From positions 682,001 to 746,000 of the forward strand of contig NW_027590138.1 of the NCBI RefSeq assembly GCF_964213995.1: a DNA stretch of 64,000 nucleotides, read 5' to 3'. How positions within the stretch are numbered: position 1 is the stretch's first letter; each line of letters starts with the position of its first letter. This document shows, piece after piece, positions 1 to 12,494 of the stretch. A program made the position numbers and the translations under genes. The notes under the pieces are model-generated. The model was not told the DNA's origin. It ran no database searches and saw nothing but the letters and a program-made list of their open reading frames with translations. The stretch comes from Mustelus asterias (taxonomy: Eukaryota).

Positions 1-564
1 AAATAATTGTGGCCCGAGCATTGATCGCTGAGGCACTCCACTTGTAACAGATTGTCACCCTGAAAATGCTCCTCTTATCCCAACTCTCTGTATCCTATCG
101 ATTGGCGAATCCTCTTTCCATGCGAATATATTACCCCAAACGCATAAACTCTGAATTAGCCCTCTGGCCGAGATCTTATTCAAAGCTTTTTTCTGCAAAG
201 ATAAGATGCCAACCATTGAACGGCAATGTTTTTTTACGGCAATCGTCGATAGTTGCCGGAGTTTTTACTGGAGGCTACACTTCGATCAATTTATTTGAAA
301 TTACTCCGAGTGCTGGGGTGGGAATTGAACCCATTCCTTCAGAGAAATTAGCCCGGGGTTCTGCACTACTAATCCAATGACATTGCCATTTCGCTGCAAC
401 CATCCCACAATGTTGCATGAAGAATGTTTAGTGATAGTTTCAATCAAAAGTTTGTTACAGAGTCAGATATCACTGTGATTAATTTCGTCTTGTGAGTTTT
501 ATGAAAGAATTAATATTCAGCGCTATCACCCAGCACTTTCCTTCATGGACATATATAATATAGA

Positions 565-1100
565 GAAAGATAGAAAATAGGAGCACGAGTGGATCAGTCG
601 ACACTTAAACCCTGCTCTGCCATTCGATACGAACGTGGCTGACCCTGTAACTCAACATCATACTAGCCCTCTCCTCATAATTCTTGACACCTTTAGAGTA
701 TAGAAATATATATCATTTTAAAATATATTCACTGATTTCGCATCCACAAACTTCTGGGGTAGAGAATTACAGTTCTCCAGCCTCTGAGTCAAGACAAAAT
801 GTCCTCATCTCAGAATTAAATGTCCAACCCTGAACACTGAAACTTTGCTCCCTTTTTCTGGACCCCACCCCGCCAAAGGAAACAATATCCCTGCATCCAG
901 TCTGCTCATCACTGCTAAAATTCTGTATATTTCAATGACATCGCCTCTCATGTTCTAAACTCCAAGTGAATACAGATGCAGTCGCCTCTCCTGAAACGAC
1001 AATCCTGCCATCCTAATAATCAGTCTGGTGTACTTTTTCTGCACTCTTTCTATTGCAAGTGTATTTTTTCTTCGAAAGGGGACCAAAACTGCACACGATA
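565..1100 (-). mobile_element. Old CR1 LINE 3' fragment
   Basis: Degenerate antisense match to the CR1 3' end seen intact at 27.9-28.5 kb. Confidence 0.6.
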
Positions 1101-2814
1101 TTAGATTTCATCAAAAAAGGATTGGATTTAGGAAATGTCTTAATGGAGGAAAGTGAGGTATTAAGTTGAAAAATGTTTCCTGATTTCGCTCCTGAAAGTC
1201 TTAAACATTAAACATCGTCAAAAATCCAATTTGCTTGAATCTTGAACTCCCCAACCAGCAGCAAATGTTCCTGTTTATCAACCCTCTCCGTTTGGGAATG
1301 ATTAAGTCACTCCTTAACTAAATTCCAGCGTTTTAGAGTTAAACATCATCTCCACTGTTAATCGGGTACTCTGAACATACATACAGCTTACAGAGTAAAA
1401 TTTCTTCTCCTCCTGCTCTGTTCAAGGAATTCTTAAATGCTGATTTTTAATTTTATGAAAACCAGAACAAAAATGTTGCCGGTTCTGATTGCGGACTCTT
1501 CTTTATTTCAATCCTGATCTCAGATCTTCACATTCAAACATGAATATTAAGCTCCGAATATATTTTTCGGTCTCTCAGTGTTTATGCATTCTGTCTTCTT
1601 TACCTGTCTAAAGAATTTGAATAAAGACATTCGTTGATCAATGCTTAGTCTTAGCATATGGACAATTATAAACAACATGGTTCATTGATTTTTAATTCTA
1701 AGGTGCGTTAACTTACATTTCCCTGCACTGAAAACATCCATTAGTTTTATCCATTCACAAAATATTAATATTTCTTTGCAATTTGATGCTTCCAGCTACG
1801 CTGCTTACAATGCTGTTTATTGTGTCATTTGCATATTCAGCATTCTATCACATTTTATCACATTGTCTTAATAAACACGACTACACTGCATATCATTCTG
1901 TATAGATATATATGTGCGTGCGTATTTGTGCGTGCATGTGCGCGTGCGTGTGTGTGTGTGTGTGTTTATGTGTGAGTGTGTTTGTACGTCTGTATGTCCA
2001 TACCTGTCTGTGTGAGTGTCTGCGGCGTGTGTATGTATTCAAATCTCGAATCAACATAGAAGCAGGTATAGGCCATTTGGCCCATCAATACTGATCGAAC
2101 ATTCAAACTGATCATGGCACATTCACACACGTTCACAGACGTGCACACACGCACCCACCCATACAAAAGCACACACAGAAACACTCACACAGATGCACAC
2201 AAACACACACACAAGCTACACGCACACTCACATTAATATTTTGTGACACAGAAACGTAGCATTTGCCTTCCTCATTGTTTGCTGTACCTGAATGCTAGCT
2301 TTTAGTGAACAGGTCTCTCTGGAAGTCAACTCTTTTCAACCTTGCACCATGTGGGACATATTCTGTATTTCTGTTTTTTTTCCCCCCAGCCAGAGTGGAT
2401 AACTTCATACTTAGTTACTTTTTATTCCATCTGCCATGTCTTTGCGCATTCACTCAGCCTGTCCAAATGCCCTTGAAGCCCCCATTGCATCCTCCTCTCC
2501 ATTATGTCTGTGCCATCAGCAAGGTTTTACCTATTTTATTTGGTCCCCACATCAAGTTTCTGGGTGTGTTCCAGTCACTGTGTTTGTTTCTGGGCATGTC
2601 TGTCTCTCAATACCTCCGTCTGATTGTCTCTCGATCTGTGCGTGGGTGTGTTTGTATGTGTGTGTGTGGGTGTGTGTACGCCTGTGTGCCTGTACGTCCA
2701 TGCTTGCCTGTGTGTGTCTGCGGCGTGCAAAAGTATTTCAGTCTCAAAGGAACATAAGAGCAGGAGAAGGCCATTTGGCCCAAAAATAATGCTCCAACTT
2801 TCAAACAGATCATG

Positions 2815-2867
<53 letters not shown>

Positions 2868-3375
2868 CGCGCTCTCGCGCTCCTATTTGATTCCACAAAT
2901 ATGTATCATTTGCCTTCCACATGTCTTGCTGTGCCTACATGCTAATTTTTGCTGACCCATGAACAAGGACATCCAGCTCTCTCTGGCAACAACCCTGTCC
3001 AATCTCGCACTGTTTAGGAAATACTCTGCCTTTCTGATGTCTTTTCTTTCTGCCAGAATGGATAACTTCACACATATTCAGTTTTATTTCATCTGCCATG
3101 TTCTTGCCCATTTACTCAGCCTGTCCCAACTCCCTTCAAGTCCTCCTTGTATCCTCCTCACCATTAGTTGTGCTCATCAGCAAGATTGGAAATATTTTAT
3201 TTGGTCCCCAAATCCAGTCTCTCTGTGTTTGTGTGTGGTGCTGGGTGTGTGTGTCTCTCAATGTCTCAGTGTGTGTCTGTGTGTGTGTGTGGGGGGGAGG
3301 GGGGGGGGAGGGGGGGGGAGGGGGGGGGCGGGGCGGGGGTATGCATGTTTCCAGATGCATGTGTGTGTCATAGTG

Positions 3376-5025
3376 TCATAGAATCATAGAGGTTTACAAC
3401 TTGGAAACAGGCCCTTTGGCCCAACTTTTTCATGGCGCCTTTTTCATAAACCCTAAGCTAGCCCCAATTGCCTGCATTTGGCCCATATCCCTCTAAACCC
3501 ATCGTACCCATGTAACTGTCCAAATGCTTTTTAAAAGACAAAATTGTACCTCCCTCTACTACTACCTCTGGCAGCTTGTTCCGGACACTCACCACCCTCT
3601 GTGTGAAAGAAATGCCCCTGTGGACACTTTTGTATCTCTCCCTCTCACCTTAAACCTATGCCCTCTAGTTGCAGACTCCCCTACCTTTGACTATCTGACT
3701 GATCTATGCCCCTCATTATTTTATAGACCTCTATGAGATCACCTCTCAGCCCCCTCAGAGAAAAAAGTCCCAGTCTATCCAGCCTCTCCTTATAACTCAA
3801 ACCATCAAGTCCCAGTAGCATCCTGGAAAATCTTTTCTGCACTCTTTCTAGTTTAATCATATCATTTGTATAATAGGGTGATCAGAACTGTACACAGTAT
3901 TCAAAGTGTGGCCTTAACAATGTCTTGTACAACTTCAACAAGACGTCCCAACTCCGATATCCATTGAAACCAAGCATGCTGAATGCCGTCTTCACCAATC
4001 TGTCCACCTGTGACGCCACTTTCAAGGAGCTATGAACGTGCACCCCTAGATCTCTTTGTTCTGTATGTCTCGCCAACGCCCTACCATTAACTGAGTGAGT
4101 CCTGCCCTGGTTCAATCTACCAAAATGCCTCACCTCGCATTTGTCTAAATTAAACTCTGTCTGCCACTCGTCAGCCCACTGGCCCAATTGATCAAGATCC
4201 CATTGCAAACCGAAATAACCTTCCGCACTGTCCACTATGCCACAAATCTTGGTGTCACCTGCAAACGTACCAACCATGCCTCCTATATTTTCATCCAAAT
4301 CATTAATATAGATGACAAATAACATTGGACCCAACACTGATCCCTGAGGCACTCCGCTGGTCACAGGCCTCCAGTTTGAAAAACAACGTCTACAACCACC
4401 CTCTGGCTTCTGTGATCAAGCCAATTTTGTATCCATTTGGCTTCCTCACGCTGGATGCTGTGAGATTTAACTTTACAATCAACCTACCATGAGGAAACTT
4501 GTCAAAGGCCTTGCCAACTTCCATGTAGACAACATCAACTGCCTTCTTGGCTATCCCTTCAAAAACTCAAACTCACAAGGCCATGCTGACTGTCCCGAAT
4601 CAGTCCTTGCATTTCTAAATGCCTGTAGATCCTGTCTCTCAAAATACGTTCCAACAACTTACCCACCACAGATGTGAGACTCACTGGCCTGTAGTTCCCA
4701 GGCTTTTCCCTGCAGCCCTTTTTAAACAAAGGCACAACATTTGCCACCCTCCAATCTTCAGGCACCTCACCTATGACTAACAATGATTTAAATATCTCTG
4801 CTCGGGAACCCGCAAATTCCTCCCTAGCCTCCCACAATATCCTGGGATACACTTCATCAGTTCCCGGGGATTTATCTACCTCAATGCGCTTTAAGACTTC
4901 CAGCACCTCTTTCTCTGTTATATGTACACTCCTTAAGACATCACTATTTATTTCCCCAAGTTCCCTAACATCCATGCTTTTCTCAACAGTAAAGACTGAT
5001 GAGAAATATTCATTTAGGATCTCAC
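3376..5025 (-). mobile_element. CR1 LINE, 5'-truncated and decayed
   Basis: RT fragments (SGVPQGSVLGP, NYRPVSLTS) and (CATAGAAT/CATAGAG) tail; same subfamily as 36.8-38.6 kb. Confidence 0.9.
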
Positions 5026-5792
5026 CTGATAAATGTGAGGTGATTCATTTTGGTAGGACTAATTTAAATGTGGATTACGGGGTCAAAGGTACGGTTCTGA
5101 AGACTGTGGAGGAACAGAGAGATCTTGGGGTCCATATCCACAGATCTCTAAAGGTTGCCACTCAAGTGGATAGAGCTGTGAAGAAGGCCTATAGTGTGTG
5201 GAGTTTAAGAGCCGTGGGGTTATGCTGCAACTGTACAGGACCTTGGTGAGACCACATTTGGAATATTGTGTGCAGTTCTGGTCACCTCACTATAAGAAGG
5301 ATGTGGAAGCGCTGGAAAGAGTGCAGAGGAGATTTACCAGGATGCTGCCTGGTTTGGAGGGTAGGTCTTATGAGGAAAGGTTGAGGGAGCTGGGGCTGTT
5401 CTCTCTGGAGCGGAGGAGGCTGAGGGGAGACTTAATAGAGGTTGATAAAATGATGAAGGGGATAGATAGAGTGAACGTTCAAAGACTATTTCCTCGGGTG
5501 GATGGAGCTATTACAAGGGGGCATAACTATAGGGTTCATGGTGGGAGATATAGGAAGGATATCAGAGGTAGGTTCTTTACGCAGAGAGTAGTTGGGGTGT
5601 GGAATGGACTGCCTGCAGTGATAGTGGAGTCAGACACTTTAGGAACATTTAAGCGGTTAATGGATAGGCAGATGGAGCACACCAGGATGATAGGGAGTGG
5701 GATAGCTTGATCTTGGTTTCAGATAAAGCTCGGCACAACATCGTGGGCCGAAGGGCCTGTTCTGTGCTGTACTGTTCTATGTTTCTATGTTC
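5026..5792 (+). mobile_element. CR1 LINE 3' fragment (young)
   Basis: Near-identical to 10615-11398 apart from a 22-nt deletion and a few substitutions. Confidence 0.92.
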
Positions 5793-5920
5793 ACCCGTGT
5801 GTGTGTGTATGTATATGTGTGCGTGTGTGTGTGTGTTTGTGTGCATATGTGTCTATGCATGTCCGTCTATCTGCTTATATGCCTGGGCATGTGTGCGTGT
5901 GCATGTGAGTGTGTGAAGGT

Positions 5921-5966
<46 letters not shown>

Positions 5967-6168
5967 AAGAGAGGCGTCACTCCTCAGCCTTCTCTGTGCC
6001 AAGCGAAAAAGCCCTAATTATCCAGTCTCAGCATTCGGTAAATTCATGGAGAAACTCACATAGGGTTAAGACATAGAAAAAATGCGGGTCTAATCGAATG
6101 GCTCAGCAGGTTGGAGGAGGTCACTCTGTTGGATTCTGATTATTTCCTTTTATTTATTAAATTTTCAG

Positions 6169-6480
6169 AGGCGAAAGGCCCGGTGGAGCCTACATTGAGC
6201 GTCTTTTACCCGCCAGTGCCACGGGGAGCCACCGGCATCGACACAGCTGCAGTTTGCTTGGCCTCGGACTTCTCGCCCAACGCAATCATGCTCTCCCTGT
6301 ACACGGGATCGGGCCAGGAGGCCAATGTGACAAGATCCAGTGTCCTATTGGAGAGCGGGAATTACAGGAGCTCGGGTTTTCTCTCTTTCCGCCAATCCGA
6401 GAAATCGCCAAACATCACGTGCAAGGCATTTCACGATAATCGAAATTACTCAGTAAACATCCCGCCCACAGCTGAAATTG
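6169..6480 (+). CDS. TRDC: T-cell receptor delta constant region, exon 1 (Ig C1 domain)
   Basis: Acceptor ttttcag|AG at 6167-6168 and donor G|gtaagt at 6481, both phase 1. Translates AKGPVEPTLSVFYPP...AAVCLASDFSP...NITCKAFHDN with two Ig cysteines and N-glycan sequons NVT/NIT/NYS. Delta rather than alpha rests on my recollection of shark C-delta sequence and on the absence of the FETDxNLN alpha motif. Confidence 0.88.
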
Positions 6481-6929
6481 GTAAGTTTATTTTATTTTCG
6501 TTCACGTGATGTGGGTGTCGTTGGCTTGGCCAACATTTATTGCCCGTCCTAAACTGCCCTTCAGCAGAGGACATTTAAGGGTCACTTGCCGGCCAGACCA
6601 TGTAAGGACGGCAGATTTCGTTCGCTGAAGGAAGTTAGTGAACCAGATGAGTTTTAATGATAATCGACAATGGTTTCAGGGTCATCATGAAACTTTTAAT
6701 TCCAATTTTAAAAAAAATGTTCAAATTTCGCAGCTGCCATTCCCAGGTCAGCATTCTGGGTCGTTGGATTACCAGTCCAGTGACAATGCCACTGCGCCAC
6801 TGCGTCCTCTGAGAATGTTTTATGACAGGAAGAACTTGCACTAAATATTATCCATCCTCTTAACGACCTAAGGACTCTCGGTGTCATCGTCACTCAAAGT
6901 GTAGTCTTTTTGAAAGATTAGCTGACTAA

Positions 6930-8720
6930 TGATTGACGGTCAATTATCCTAGTCTGGGGACTTCACTGCAGGAGTTCCTCAGTGTCTCAGGCCTAACCAG
7001 CTTCAGTTGCTTCATCAATCACCTTCAATCCATTGTAAGGTCAGAAGTTGGGATGTTCGCTGATGACTGAACAATTTTCAGCACCATTCATGACACCTCA
7101 GATCTTGTAGTAGTGCATTACAAATGCACCAATAGCTGGACAATACCTCGGCTTTGACTGACAAGCTGCAAGTAACATTTGCGCCACACATGTTCCAGGC
7201 AATGCCCAACTCCAACAGGAAAGAAGCTAACAACCGGCTCTTGACATTTAATGGCATTACCATGACTGAAACAAAGAACAAAGAAAATTACAGCACAGGA
7301 ACAGGCCCTTCGGCCCTCCAAGCCTGCACCGACGATGCTGCCCGACTTAACTAAAACCCCTTTCCCTTCCGGGGACCATATCGCTCTATTCCCATCTTAT
7401 TCATGTATTTGTCCAGATGTCCCTTAAAACTCACTATCATATCTCCTTCCACTACCTCCCCCGGCAACGAGTTCCAGACACCCACCACCTTCTGTGTAAA
7501 AACTCTGCCTCGTACGTCTCCTTTAAACCTTGCCCCTCGCACCTTAAATCTATGCCCCCGAGTAATTGACTCTTCCACCCTGGGAAAAAGCTTCTAACTA
7601 TCCACTCTGTCCATGCCTCTCATAATCCTGTAGACTTCTATCAGGTCAACCCCCACTATCAACATCCTGAGGGTTAACGTTGCTCAGAAACTGGACTGGA
7701 CTATCCATATAAGTGCTGTAGCTGCAAGAGAATGTCGGAGATTGGGAATCCTGTGGTGAGTAACGTATCTCCTCATCCCCCAAATTCTCTGCCCCATCCA
7801 CAAGACATAATCATGACTGTGGTAGTGTATTCGCCACTTGCCTCGATGAATGCAGCTCCAATAACACTCAGACATTTGACACGACCCAGGACAAAGCAGC
7901 TCCGCTTGATTAACAGTGTGTTTATGAGTGTCACAAGTCGGCTTACATTAAAACTGCAATGAATTTATTGTGACAATCCCATAGTCGCCACACTCTGTGC
8001 CTGTTCGGGTTACACTGAGGGAGAATTTAGCATGGCCAATGCATCTAATCAGCACGTCTTTCGGACTGTGGGAGGAAACCGGAGCGCCCGGATCAAACCC
8101 ACGCTGACACGAGGAAAACGTGCAGACTCTGCACAGACAGTCACCCAAGCCCGGGAATCGAACACAGGTCCCTGACACTTTGGGGGGGGGGGGAGAGGCG
8201 GGGGGGGGGGGGGGGGCGGAGGGGAGTGGCGGGGCGTGGGGGGGGGGGGGTGGCGGTGCAGCAGTACTAACCACTGTGCCACTGTGCGGCTCAAGCATTA
8301 AGTACTCTATTCACAAACATCCACTTCTTCCACCACCGAAGCACAATGGCAGCAGTGTGTGCCATCCACAAGATACACAGCAGTAACTCTCCAAGTCTCC
8401 TTCCGCTGAATCTTCCAAACTCACGACCGTTATCATCTCGGAGGACAAGGGCAGCAGATACCTGGGAACACCATCATCTGGACGTTACCCTCCATGTCAC
8501 TCAGCATCCTGACTTGGAAATGTTTCGGCAGTTCCTTCACTGTCGCTGAGTCAAAATGGTGGAACTTCTTCCCTAACAGCACTGTGTGAGTACGTACCCC
8601 TGACAGACTGCAGAGGTTCAAGCAGGAGACTCACAACCATCTTCTGAAGGGGGCAGTTAGGGATTGGCAATAAATGCTGACCTGCCAGCGATGTCCACAT
8701 TCCGTAAATGAATAAAAATA
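6930..8720 (+). mobile_element. Decayed non-LTR retrotransposon (RTEX-like, clade uncertain) with nested CR1 fragment (7270-7650, -) and SINE (7925-8290, -)
   Basis: RT-like motifs (gcaggagttcctcag, gttcgctgatgac) resume after each insertion. Its 3' tail is shared with short elements at ~6500-6800 and ~20135-20450. Confidence 0.6.
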
Positions 8721-9206
8721 GTAAGAGCTAACTATTATAATTCAGGGCAGTGTGCAGGGCCCGTAACTGCTGGTACATCACCGAATTTAGGAACGTATTA
8801 AATACTAACCAGGGTACTGGAGAATCCCGTTCCTCTGGAGAAATGCCCTGATATCATTTAATCCACTGCAGAGCTGAAATCAGGCCTCGGTTTCACGACG
8901 TTTTCGGAAGACAGTGAAATACTGCACTGATGGAACGGCCCTGGATCCTGGGTTTTAATCCCTGATGGGGAATCGATCCTGCACTCTTTGAACTCAGAAT
9001 TGGGCCGAACTAAATGGCAGAGCTACCAATGTTTCTCCGTTGTGAATAATCAAGTGAACAAGTCCAATCGTGCTGTTTGATTCTTACTTTCTTCGTGGCT
9101 TTTGGTTATGACAACAACATTATTCAAAGTGATATTGAGAACAAACATGGTTACAGTAATGTCACTTGCTCACTTAATAAGTCAAATGTCATTTTTGCCC
9201 TTCCAG

Positions 9207-9269
9207 ATAAACCTAAATGCCCTACAGGTCGAAGTGATTCCTTGACAGAATCAAGTGACACGGAAAACG
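9207..9269 (+). CDS. TRDC: TCR delta constant exon 2 (connecting peptide with interchain Cys)
   Basis: Acceptor cccttccag|AT and donor G|gtatgt at 9270; 63 nt, phase 1/1. Encodes (D)KPKCPTGRSDSLTESSDTEN and splices in frame to exons 1 and 3. Confidence 0.85.
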
Positions 9270-9295
9270 GTATGTGCTTTATTCAACATTTATCA

Positions 9296-11398
9296 AAGTA
9301 AAAGGCACTGATGAAAAGTGGAACTTTTTCAAGGAACAAATACTGGGTGTCCTTGATAGGTATGTCCCTGTCAGGCAGGGAGGAAATGGCCGAGTGAGGG
9401 AACCGTGGTTCACAAAAGAGGTGGAATGTCTTGTGAAAAGGAAGAGGGAAGCTTATGTCGGGATGAGGAAACAAGGTTCAGATGGCTCGATTGAGGGTTA
9501 CAAGTTAGCAAGGAATGAGCTGAAAAAGGGGCTGAGGAGAGCTAGGAGGGGACATGAGAAGTCCTTGGCGGGTCGGATCAAGGAAAACCCCAAGGCTTTT
9601 TACTCTTATGTGAGGAATAAAAGAATGACCAGGGTGAGGTTAGGGCCGGTCAAGGACAGTGGTGGGAACTTGTGTATGGAATCAGTAGAGATAGGCGAGG
9701 TGATGAATGAATACTTTTCTTCAGTGTTCACCAAGGAGAGGGGCCATGTTTTTCAGGAAGAGAAGGTGTTACAGGCTAATAGGCTGGAGGAAATAGATGT
9801 TCGGAGGGAGGATGTATTGGCAGTTTTGAATAAACTGAAGGTCGATAAGTCCCCTGGGCCTGATGAAATGTATCCTAGGATTCTTTGGGAGGCGAGGGAT
9901 GAGATTGCAGAGCCTTTGGCTTTGATCTTTGGGTCCTCGCTGTCCACGGGGATGGTGCCAGAGGACTGGAGAGTGGCGAATGTTGTTCCTCTGTTTAAGA
10001 AAGGGAATAGAAATGACCCTGGTAATTATAGACCGGTTAGTCTGACTTCGGTGGTTGGTAAATTGATGGAAAAGGTCCTTAGGGATGGGATTTACGACCA
10101 TTTAGAAAGATGCGGATTAATCCGGGATAGTCAGCACGGATTTGTGAAGGGCAAATCGTGCCTCACAAATTTGATAGAATTTTTTGAGGAGGTAACTAGG
10201 TGTGTTGATGAAGGTAGGGCGGTTGATGTCATATACATGGATTTTAGTAAGGCGTTTGATAAGGTCCCCCATGGTCGGCTTATGATGAAAGTAAGGAGGT
10301 GTGGGATAGAGGGAAAGTTGGCCGATTGGATAGGTAACTGGCTATCTGATCGAAGACAGAGGGTGGTGGTGGATGGAAAATTTTCGGACTGGAGGCAGGT
10401 TGCTAGCGGAGTGCCGCAGGGATCGGTGCTTGGTCCTCTGCTCTTTGTGATTTTTATTAATGACTTAGAGGAGGGGGCTGAAGGGTGGATCAGTAAATTT
10501 GCTGATGACACCAAGATTGGTGGAGTAGTGGATGAGGTGGAGGGCTGTTGTAGGCTGCAAAGAGACATAGATAGGATGCAAAGCTGGGCTGAAAAATGGC
10601 AAATGGAGTTTAACCCTGATAAATGTGAGGTGATTCATTTTGGTAGGACTAATTTAAATGTGGATTACAGGGTCAAAGGTAGGGTTCTGAAGACTGTGGA
10701 GGAACCGAGAGATCTTGGGGTCCATATCCACAGATCTCTAAAGGTTGCCACTCAAGTGGATAGAGCTGTGAAGAAGGCATATAGTGTGTTAGCTTTTATT
10801 AACAGGGGGTTGGAGTTTAAGAGCCGTGGGGTTATGCTGCAACTGTACAGGACCTTGGTGAGACCGCATTTGGAATATTGTGTGCAGTTCTGGTCACCTC
10901 ACTATAAGAAGGATGTGGAAGCGCTGGAAAGAGTGCAGAGGAGATTTACCAGGATGCTGCCTGGTTTGGAGTGTCGGTCTTATGAGGAAAGGTTGAGGGA
11001 GCTGGGGCTGTTCTCTCTGGAGCGGAGGAGATTGAGGGGAGACTTAATAGAGGTTTATAAAATGATGAAGGGGATAGATCGAGTGAACGTTCAAAGACTA
11101 TTTCCTCGGGTGGATGGAGCTATTACAAGGGGGCATAACTATAGGGTTCATGGTGGGAGATATAGGAAGGATATCAGAGGTAGGTTCTTCACGCAGAGAG
11201 TGGTTGGGGTGTGGAATGGACTGCCTGCAGTGATAGTGGAGTCAGACACTTTAGGAACATTTAAGCGGTTATTGGATAGGCACATGGAGCACACCAGGAT
11301 GGTAGGGAGTGGGATAGCTTGATCTTGGTTTCAGATGAAGGTCGGCACAACATCGTGGGCCGAAGGGCCTGTTCTGTGCTGTAATGTTCTATGTTCTA
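9296..11398 (+). mobile_element. CR1 LINE, 5'-truncated, with uninterrupted RT ORF
   Basis: ORF 9274-11322 contains NYRPVSLTS, YMDFSKAFDKV, GVPQGSVLGP and FADD; ends in a (TGTTCTA)n tail; lies in TRDC intron 2. Confidence 0.95.
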
Positions 11399-11809
11399 AA
11401 ATACTTGCAAATAGACGGATTGATAAGTGGACAAATAGGCACGGATACAGACCCGGAGATTGAATGATAAACACATAGTGAGATGGGGAAAAAGATAGAT
11501 TGTCACACAGAGTGAGGGAGAGAGATATATCAATCGAGGGGGATAGCGAGAGAGGAGGAGAGGCGGGGAGAGAGAGAGAAACTCAGAGTGAAAGAGAGAT
11601 GAAGATAGATAGACAGGCAAGCAGACGGTCGGACGGACGGACTGACAGAGATGGACAGACGGACGGACGGACAGGGATGGACAGACGGACGAAAGTCAAG
11701 CTGTTAGATAATGGAAAAAATATCACATTAGAGGTATACAGTTGTTTTTCAATACCAAATCATATATCCATTAAACCAGATCTATCATTTGTTTCTCTTA
11801 TTTTGGCAG

Positions 11810-11919
11810 ATCGACTGAGGGTGAACTTTTTGTCTTTGACGGTGATGGGACTAAGAATTTTGTTTTTCAAGAGCATTGTCTTCAATGTCATGATGACGGC
11901 CAGGGTGTGGCTATTTTGA
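11810..11919 (+). CDS. TRDC: TCR delta constant exon 3 (transmembrane and short cytoplasmic tail)
   Basis: Acceptor ttttggcag|AT. Encodes (D)RLRVNFLSLTVMGLRILFFKSIVFNVMMTARVWLF*, with the two intramembrane basic residues (R, K) and conserved N typical of TCR alpha/delta. TGA 11917-11919 is followed by G|gtaagg, donor at 11921. Confidence 0.92.
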
Positions 11920-12494
11920 GGTAAGGTCGGTCACCTGAATGCGTGCCAAGAAAGACAAACTGTGATGAACAATGACCATTGACGGGATCTCGCGAGGCCA
12001 CTGTTAAGGCAGACGCTGAAACTCACCCGTGGAGTGAGCATTAACTTGGATGCATTTAGACAAACGAACTCTTACTCCAGTGCCCCATCCTCATCGCTTT
12101 TCATCCCTCCCTTGCCACCGCACCACCGCCCCCCCCGCCCCCGCCCCCGCCGCCCCCCCCCCCCCCCCCCCGCCCCCGCCCGCCAACCCCCGCTCCCAAT
12201 CGCAGCCTTGACTTCTTAAACCTCTCCAGATTATTGTTTAATTATGGGTGTCACTGACTAGCCTAACTTTTTCCGCCCATCCCTTGGTCTTGAGCTGCGT
12301 GGCTCTTTCGGAGAGTCGGTGCAGACTCTATGGGCCAAATCGCATCCTTCTGCACTGTCGGGGTTCTTGTGCAATTGCAGTGGCTTCTGAGAATATTATT
12401 GGAGAATGTTAATGGAGACCCTAAAGATACAAGGTGTTCTTTGCTTGCTGACTCTTTGATGTGCTACTACTGTTGCTCCTTCCATTCCAAACAG

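Noticed and set aside
2530-2570. ILFGPHIKFLGV (and 3190-3225) as J segments
   Set aside because: Not FGXGT, no RSS, and part of a duplicated decayed repeat.
6481-6509. Secreted C-delta by read-through of the exon 1 donor (GKFILFSFT*)
   Set aside because: The donor is consensus gtaagt, and a repeat follows immediately; no supporting evidence.
9207-11322. TRDC hinge-reverse transcriptase fusion by intron retention
   Set aside because: The hinge frame stops at 9299-9301 and the RT ORF is in a different frame.
6169-11919. Calling the constant gene TRAC
   Set aside because: It lacks the FETDxNLN-type alpha connecting-peptide motif and has a full two-Cys Ig domain resembling recalled shark C-delta. 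Not fully excluded without an alignment.
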